24,962 nucleotides of DNA from contig JAHCIV010000002.1 of assembly GCA_026129065.1 (NCBI GenBank), forward strand, positions 64,001-88,962. Reading direction: 5' to 3'. The notes under the pieces are model-generated. The model was not told where the DNA came from and did not search any database. It saw nothing but the letters and a program-made list of their open reading frames with translations. Made by a program: the position numbers and the translations under genes. Origin of the DNA: Deltaproteobacteria bacterium. GTDB lineage: Bacteria > Myxococcota_A > Polyangia > Haliangiales > Haliangiaceae. Below, piece by piece: positions 20,221-24,962 of this stretch (positions are counted from its first letter, which is position 1; every line of letters begins with the position of its first letter).

Positions 20221-21375
20221 ATGAAGCTCGGCACGCTGCTCCTGCGCAACGCGGCGATCGGGCTGTCGCAGCTCGAGAGCGCGCTGCGCAACCAGGTGCT
20301 GTACGGCGGCCGCCTCGGCACGAACCTCGTCGAGCTCGGCTTCATCGACCTCGAGCTGCTGTCGGCGTACCTCGCCGAGCTGTCGGGCTACCCGATCGCG
20401 ACGCCGACGCTGCTCGACGAGGTCGACGCGTCGCTCCTCGAGAAGCTCGGCGCCGACGACGCCCACGCGCTGCGCGCGATCCCGCTCGGCAGGCTGGCGG
20501 CCGGCGACGGCGCGCCGCCGCAGGTGGCCGTGGCGATGGTCGAGCCGACGCGCGCCGAGTCGCTCGAGATCCTGCGGGCGCGGTTCGACGCACAGGTCGT
20601 GCCGTACGTCGTCCCCGAGCTGCGCGCGCTGTACTACCTGGAGAAGCACTTCGGCCTGCCGCGCCGCGCGCGCTTCATCCGGTCGGCGCGGCCGGGCGGC
20701 GAGTGCGCGCGAGCGGCCTGCCGTCCCGGCGGTGGCGTCCGCCGGCGCGGGCGCGGCCACCCCGGCGGAGCGCGCAAGTCGCAGCCGCTGCAGGGGATGG
20801 TGATGCCGCCGGCGTTCACGCTCGAGCCGCGCCGCCGCCGCGCGTCGCAGGTGCCGGCCGTGCCGGGCGTGCCGATCACGGCGACGTACACGGCGACGTG
20901 CGACGCGATCGACACGGCGACGCACCGCGACCAGATCGGCGAGGCGCTCGTCCACTACGCGAAGGGCCGCGTCGACGCGCTCGTCCTGTTCCTCATCCGC
21001 GACGGCAACGCGCTCGGCTGGGGCGGCTACGTCGCGGGCGGCGCGCCGCGGACGCCGATCGAGGAGATCTCGCTGCCGCTCGGCGGCGCCTCGTCGCTGC
21101 AGTCGGCGCACGACGCCGGCCAGCCGTTCGTCGGCCCGCCCCCGTCGGCGGCGCGCCCCGTCGAGACGAAGCTGTGGCAGGCGCTCGGCACCACCCCCGA
21201 GCCGGGCATCGTGATCGTCGTGCCGGTCATGGTGCGCCAGCGCTCCGTCAACCTGATCTACGCGCACCCCATCCCGGGGGCGTCGCCGACGGCGCAGCTC
21301 GTCCACGAGCTCAACGACCTCGCGAACCGGGCGCAGACCGCGTACCTGCGCCTGATCCGTCAAGCGCGCGGATAA
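20221..21375 (+). CDS. Hypothetical protein with an N-terminal T2SS GspE-N-like (T2SSE_N) domain
   Basis: The N-terminal ~140 aa (MKLGTLLLRNAAIGLSQLESALRNQVLYGGRLGTNLVELGFIDLELLSAYL...) matches the GspE/PilB N-terminal domain pattern common in myxobacterial standalone proteins. This is followed by an Arg/Gly-rich linker and an unassigned C-terminal domain. Confidence 0.5.
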   Translation: MKLGTLLLRNAAIGLSQLESALRNQVLYGGRLGTNLVELGFIDLELLSAYLAELSGYPIATPTLLDEVDASLLEKLGADDAHALRAIPLGRLAAGDGAPPQVAVAMVEPTRAESLEILRARFDAQVVPYVVPELRALYYLEKHFGLPRRARFIRSARPGGECARAACRPGGGVRRRGRGHPGGARKSQPLQGMVMPPAFTLEPRRRRASQVPAVPGVPITATYTATCDAIDTATHRDQIGEALVHYAKGRVDALVLFLIRDGNALGWGGYVAGGAPRTPIEEISLPLGGASSLQSAHDAGQPFVGPPPSAARPVETKLWQALGTTPEPGIVIVVPVMVRQRSVNLIYAHPIPGASPTAQLVHELNDLANRAQTAYLRLIRQARG

Positions 21376-21495
21376 TTCGACATGCCGCCGGCGGAGTGAT
21401 CGTCCGGTCACGATGCACGCAGGGTCCACTCGATCGGTCGCGAGCGACGTCCTCGTCGATCGAGCACGAGCACGAGTACGATCTGGAGACGCGAG

Positions 21496-22335
21496 ATGCA
21501 CGAGGCCATCCACAAGTACCCGCGGACGCACCACCTCGAGGGCAGCCGGTTGCAGCCGGGCGACCACGACCTGGCGCAGGTCCCGCTCGCGTCGCTGCGC
21601 GGGCGGTACTGCGTCGTCGAGGAGAAGCTCGACGGGGCGAACGCGGGGCTATCGCTCGACGAGCGCGGCCGGCTGCGGCTGCAGAGCCGCGGGCACGTGC
21701 TGAGCGGCGGGCCGCGCGAGCGCCACTGGGACCTGTTCAAGCAGTGGGCGCGGGCCCACGAGACGGCGCTCGCGGAGCGGCTCGCGGCCCACCCGGGAGG
21801 CCTCACGATCTACGGCGAGTGGCTCTACGCGAAGCACACGGTGTTCTACGACCAGCTGCCGCACTACTTCATGGAGTTCGACATCCGCGACGCGGCCGGC
21901 GCGTTCTGGTCGACGGCGCGGCGCGCGGAGCACCTGGCGGCGGCGCCGATCGTGGCGGTCCCGGTCGTGTGGGAGGGCGTCGTCGAGGACCCGCGCGACC
22001 TGCCGGAGCTGGTCGCGCCGTCGCTGTACAAGTCGGCGCGCTGGCGCGAGGCGCTGCGCGACGCGGCGGTCGAGGGCGGCGTCGAGCCGGAGCGCTGCGC
22101 GCGCGAGACCGATGCGTCGGATCACGCCGAGGGGCTGTACGTGAAGGTCGAGGACCGCGCGACCGGGACGGTCGTCGGGCGCTACAAGTGGATCCGGCCG
22201 TCGTTCCACCAGGCGATCCAGGAGGCCGGCGACCACTGGCTGCAGCGGCCGATCGTCGCGAACCGGCTGGCCGAGGGCGTCGACCTGTTCGCGTCGCCCG
22301 GATCGGAAGGATCGGAAGGATCGGAAGCGCCGTGA
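21496..22335 (+). CDS. ATP-dependent RNA/polynucleotide ligase, minimal nucleotidyltransferase-domain type (Rnl-family)
   Basis: The N-terminal KYPRTHHL box is typical of the RNA_ligase family. Motif I is VVEEKLDGAN, with the predicted adenylylated Lys at nt 21625-21627. Motif IV is EGLYVKVED and motif V-like is GRYKWIRPSF. The C-terminus is a (GSE)3 repeat. Confidence 0.75.
   Translation: MHEAIHKYPRTHHLEGSRLQPGDHDLAQVPLASLRGRYCVVEEKLDGANAGLSLDERGRLRLQSRGHVLSGGPRERHWDLFKQWARAHETALAERLAAHPGGLTIYGEWLYAKHTVFYDQLPHYFMEFDIRDAAGAFWSTARRAEHLAAAPIVAVPVVWEGVVEDPRDLPELVAPSLYKSARWREALRDAAVEGGVEPERCARETDASDHAEGLYVKVEDRATGTVVGRYKWIRPSFHQAIQEAGDHWLQRPIVANRLAEGVDLFASPGSEGSEGSEAP
22300..22326 (+). repeat. 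Perfect 3 x 9-bp tandem repeat (ggatcggaa)3 encoding (GSE)3 at the ligase C-terminus
   Basis: Read directly: ggatcggaa ggatcggaa ggatcggaa, ending 6 nt before the ligase stop / HD-Pnk start. Confidence 0.9.
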
Positions 22336-23504
22336 CGCTCCCCGACCTGGCGCCCGGCGCGGCGATCGACTGGGCGGCCGTCGAGGCGTGGCTCGCGCCG
22401 ATCGCGCCGGCGGCCGAGCTGGCGGCGACGCCGCAGGACCACGCGTTCCACGCCGAGGGCGACGTGTGGACGCACACGAGGATGGCCGTCGAGGCGCTCG
22501 TCGCGCAGCCGGCGTACGCCGCCGCGGATCCGGTCGCCCGCGGGATCCTCGCGGCGGCGGTCCTGCTCCACGACGTCGGCAAGCCGAGCACCACGCGCGT
22601 CGTCCCCCAGGAAGGCGGGGAGCGGATCACGTCGCGCGGGCACTCGGCGCGCGGCGAGGGGCTGGCGCGGGTGGCGCTGTGGCGCGCCGGCGTGCCGTTC
22701 GGGGTCCGCGAGCACGTGTGCGCGCTCGTCCGCTACCACCAGGTGCCGTTCTTCGGGATCACGCGCGAGCCGCGTGAGGCCGAGCGGCTCGCGCTCCGCC
22801 TGTCGCTGATCCTGCGCCACGACTGGCTGACCGCGGTCGCCGAGGCCGACGGGCGCGGCCGGCGCTGCGCCGACCCGGCGGACCAGGTGCGCATCGTCGA
22901 CCACTGCGGCCTGTGGGCGGAGCACTGCCGGGAGCACGGCGTCCTCGCCACGGCGCGCGCGTTCGCGACGCCCCACACGCGCCGGGTGTGGTGCGAGTCC
23001 GAGGCGCCGCGGTCGCCGGACGTGCCGGCCCACGACGACACGACCTGCGAGGTCACGCTGATGTGCGGGCTGCCGGCGGCCGGCAAGGACTCGTGGCTGC
23101 GGGCGAACGCGCCCGAGCTGCCGGTGATCTCGCTCGACGCCGTCCGCGACGAGCTCGACGTCGAGCCGGGCGACAGCCGCGGCGAGGTCATCGCGCTCGC
23201 CCGCGAGCGGGCCCGCGAGATGCTGCGCGCCGGGACGTCGTTCGCGTGGAATGCCACGAACTTGTCGCGCGACCTGCGCGCCCAGCTGCTCGGCTTCTTC
23301 CGCTCGTACCGGGCGCGCACGCGCATCGTCTACTGCGAGGCCACGGCCGCCGACCAGCACGGACGCAACCGGCAGCGCGACGCGATCGTGCCGGCGCGGG
23401 TCATCGATCGCATGCTCGAGCGCTGGACGGTCCCGGATCCGACCGAGGCCCACGCGGTCCTGTACGTCACTCCCGGCGACGCGAGCTGGCCACCTACATC
23501 GTAG
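22332..23504 (+). CDS. Bifunctional HD-domain 2',3'-phosphoesterase / P-loop 5'-OH polynucleotide kinase (HD-Pnk-like RNA end-healing enzyme)
   Basis: The GTG start overlaps the ligase stop (GTGA at 22332-22335). It is in frame with the C-terminal third of track ORF 20703..23504. The N-terminal HD domain has H...HD motifs (DHAFHAEGDVWTHT; LLHDVGKP at nt 22563). The C-terminal kinase has the P-loop VTLMCGLPAAGKDS (nt 23067) and the Pnk-type RxxxR element (FRSYRARTR). Confidence 0.75.
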   Translation: MTLPDLAPGAAIDWAAVEAWLAPIAPAAELAATPQDHAFHAEGDVWTHTRMAVEALVAQPAYAAADPVARGILAAAVLLHDVGKPSTTRVVPQEGGERITSRGHSARGEGLARVALWRAGVPFGVREHVCALVRYHQVPFFGITREPREAERLALRLSLILRHDWLTAVAEADGRGRRCADPADQVRIVDHCGLWAEHCREHGVLATARAFATPHTRRVWCESEAPRSPDVPAHDDTTCEVTLMCGLPAAGKDSWLRANAPELPVISLDAVRDELDVEPGDSRGEVIALARERAREMLRAGTSFAWNATNLSRDLRAQLLGFFRSYRARTRIVYCEATAADQHGRNRQRDAIVPARVIDRMLERWTVPDPTEAHAVLYVTPGDASWPPTS

Positions 23505-23771
23505 TTGGCGGCACGAAGCAGGTCGGTGGTCAAGTTGTTTCGACCGGCAAAAGCGCAGTTAGATCGATGAAATCACAGCAGAACTTGGGCACCATCGACA
23601 GGCGGGACGGTAACTTGACTGGCGCCGCCAAAGAGGGATGCTGCCCTCGTGCCCGAACGAATCAGCCTTCCGAATCAGACCTGCGCCAAGGTCGGTTTCG
23701 GAACCATCGCCGCCGCGCTCGCTGCTCTCTCCATGGCCATCCTCGGCCATTTCTTCATCTAGGCCTTCTGA

Positions 23772-24218
23772 CTAGGCCTGCTCGCTCCAGTAGCGGACCC
23801 AGTCTCCATCTGCGATCAGCGTGCCGAGCTTGATCGCCGCCGGGTCGGCCAGCGTGTAGATCCACGTCCACACCTCCTCGCCGGTGTCGGTCGTGACCTG
23901 CGCGATCACCCGTGCGAAGTCCTCGCCCTCGTACGCGTCGAGCAGCCCGAACGTGGCCGCCAGGTTGTCGAGCCAGAGGATCTCGCCCACGACGCTGCCG
24001 GCGCCGTCCTCGACGAAGCCGGGATAGCCCATCGGAAACGCGTAGATCTGGCCGGGCACCCGGGCCGGGACGCAGCGCAGGATCGAGCTCGCCACGAGCG
24101 AGCGCGCCGTCTGGCCCCGGCGCAGGGTCCCGTAGACGAACAGCCGGTCGAGGATCTCGTGCGACCCGGTCGTGCGTTCGACCTCGAAGCTGCCCGTCGA
24201 CCGCCGCCGCTGCGTCAC
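23772..24218 (-). CDS. Gamma-glutamyl cyclotransferase-like (GGCT/AIG2-family) protein
   Basis: The LFVYGTLRRG motif followed by ...YAFPMGYPGFVEDG...VVGEILWL... matches the GGCT-like fold. I propose the GTG at 24216-24218 as the start. The upstream remainder of track ORF 23772..24950 is an alternate frame of the CobT-like gene. Confidence 0.55.
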   Translation of the reverse strand: MTQRRRSTGSFEVERTTGSHEILDRLFVYGTLRRGQTARSLVASSILRCVPARVPGQIYAFPMGYPGFVEDGAGSVVGEILWLDNLAATFGLLDAYEGEDFARVIAQVTTDTGEEVWTWIYTLADPAAIKLGTLIADGDWVRYWSEQA

Positions 24219-24226
24219 ATCCCTTT

Positions 24227-24962
24227 CTAACCGCGCGACGACAGGGCCGCCACCTGATCCAGCAGCGGCAGCACCATCGCCGCGCCGACGCCCTCCCCGT
24301 GGCCGATCCCCTGCGGGAACAGGGGATCGCGGCCGAGCCGCGCGAGGAGCTTGCCGAGGAGCGGCGACCCACCCTGGGCGGGGAGGAGGTAGCCGGCGAC
24401 GTCGGGGTGGAACAGCGAGGCGGCGAGCCCGGCGGCGACGGTCGCGTGACCGTCGAGGATCGCCGGGACGTGCATCGACGCGAGCCCGAGCAGGAGCCCG
24501 GTCAGCACGGCCGTGTCGCCGCCGCCGAGCGCCGCGAGCAGCTCGCCCGGTGGGCGGCCGGCGTGGGCGGCGCCGCGGATCCCGGCGAGCTCGGCCTCGG
24601 GATCTCCGAGCCCCTGCGGGCCGGCGCCGGTCGCCGCGCCGAGGAGGGCCGCGGCGGCGAGCTCGGAGCCGATGCCGAGCGCCCCGAGCGCGACCACGTC
24701 GCAGTCCTCGGCGAGGGACACCGCGAGCGCGATCCCGCCCTCGAGGCCGTCCAGGCGGACGGTGGAGGACGGCGGGAGCAGGGTGGGCTCCCGGACGCCG
24801 GCGTCGACGAGGAGGATCGGTGTCCGGTAGATGCGCACGAGGCGCGTGACGGCGGCCGTGCCGTCGGCGATCGCGGCGGCCGCGACGATCGTCGGGTGGC
24901 CGGCGCCGAGCGCGATCCCCGGGTCGGCGGCCGGGTGATCCGCGGCGCACACGACGAGCGTG
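24227..24962 (-). CDS. CobT-like nicotinate-nucleotide--dimethylbenzimidazole phosphoribosyltransferase-family protein. Partial: the N-terminus lies beyond the window end.
   Basis: It is collinear with CobT: ...VVALGALGIGSELAAAALLGAATGA... versus CobT GEMGIGNTT...; ...AILDGHATVAAGLAA... versus LLDGFISTAAAL; and C-terminal GIGHGEGVGAAMVLPLL versus MRLGEGTGAALA. Several canonical residues differ, so it may be a divergent paralog. The stop lies 8 bp upstream of the GGCT-like start. Confidence 0.55.
   Translation of the reverse strand, partial: TLVVCAADHPAADPGIALGAGHPTIVAAAAIADGTAAVTRLVRIYRTPILLVDAGVREPTLLPPSSTVRLDGLEGGIALAVSLAEDCDVVALGALGIGSELAAAALLGAATGAGPQGLGDPEAELAGIRGAAHAGRPPGELLAALGGGDTAVLTGLLLGLASMHVPAILDGHATVAAGLAASLFHPDVAGYLLPAQGGSPLLGKLLARLGRDPLFPQGIGHGEGVGAAMVLPLLDQVAALSSRG

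Noticed and set aside
20703-22331. Upstream 543 codons of the 933-aa ORF 20703..23504
   Set aside because: This is an Arg/Ala-rich frame overlapping the GspE-N gene and the ligase gene. Only the portion from the GTG at 22332 has HD and kinase motifs.
24219-24950. Upstream extension of ORF 23772..24950 (RRGSPGRRPGDRARRRPPDD...)
   Set aside because: It is a low-complexity alternate frame of the CobT-like gene. The GGCT-like domain starts only near 24218.

Overview
This is a high-GC (about 70%) bacterial chromosomal window that is densely coded on both strands. The gene content suggests a myxobacterial-type delta-proteobacterium, because there are many lipoproteins and Cys-rich secreted proteins and a GspE-N domain protein; this is inference only. 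I can support about 23 genes. (1) On the minus strand there is a glycan-precursor locus: a PglF-like UDP-sugar 4,6-dehydratase, a DegT-family aminotransferase and a NeuD/PglD-family acetyltransferase. These are interleaved with a secreted parallel beta-helix lipoprotein and two tandem MBL-fold hydrolase paralogs, and dtd lies upstream. (2) There is a peptide-scavenging neighbourhood: an orphan DppB/DppC-like permease pair translationally coupled to a small Rieske ferredoxin, a large secreted M16 zinc peptidase, a POT-family peptide transporter and an M18 aminopeptidase. (3) queC is present. (4) An apparently disrupted GT-C-like polytopic membrane protein gene carries an in-frame stop and probable frameshift(s). 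(5) A two-gene RNA end-healing/sealing cassette is the most interesting feature. It is a minimal ATP-dependent RNA ligase (KxDG motif) translationally coupled through a GTGA overlap to an HD phosphoesterase plus P-loop polynucleotide kinase fusion (HD-Pnk-like). (6) The window ends with a GGCT-like gene and a partial CobT-like gene. I recognised no rRNA, tRNA, CRISPR array or transposase. Several very long ORFs in the six-frame track are GC-driven antisense or alternate-frame artefacts and I rejected them.
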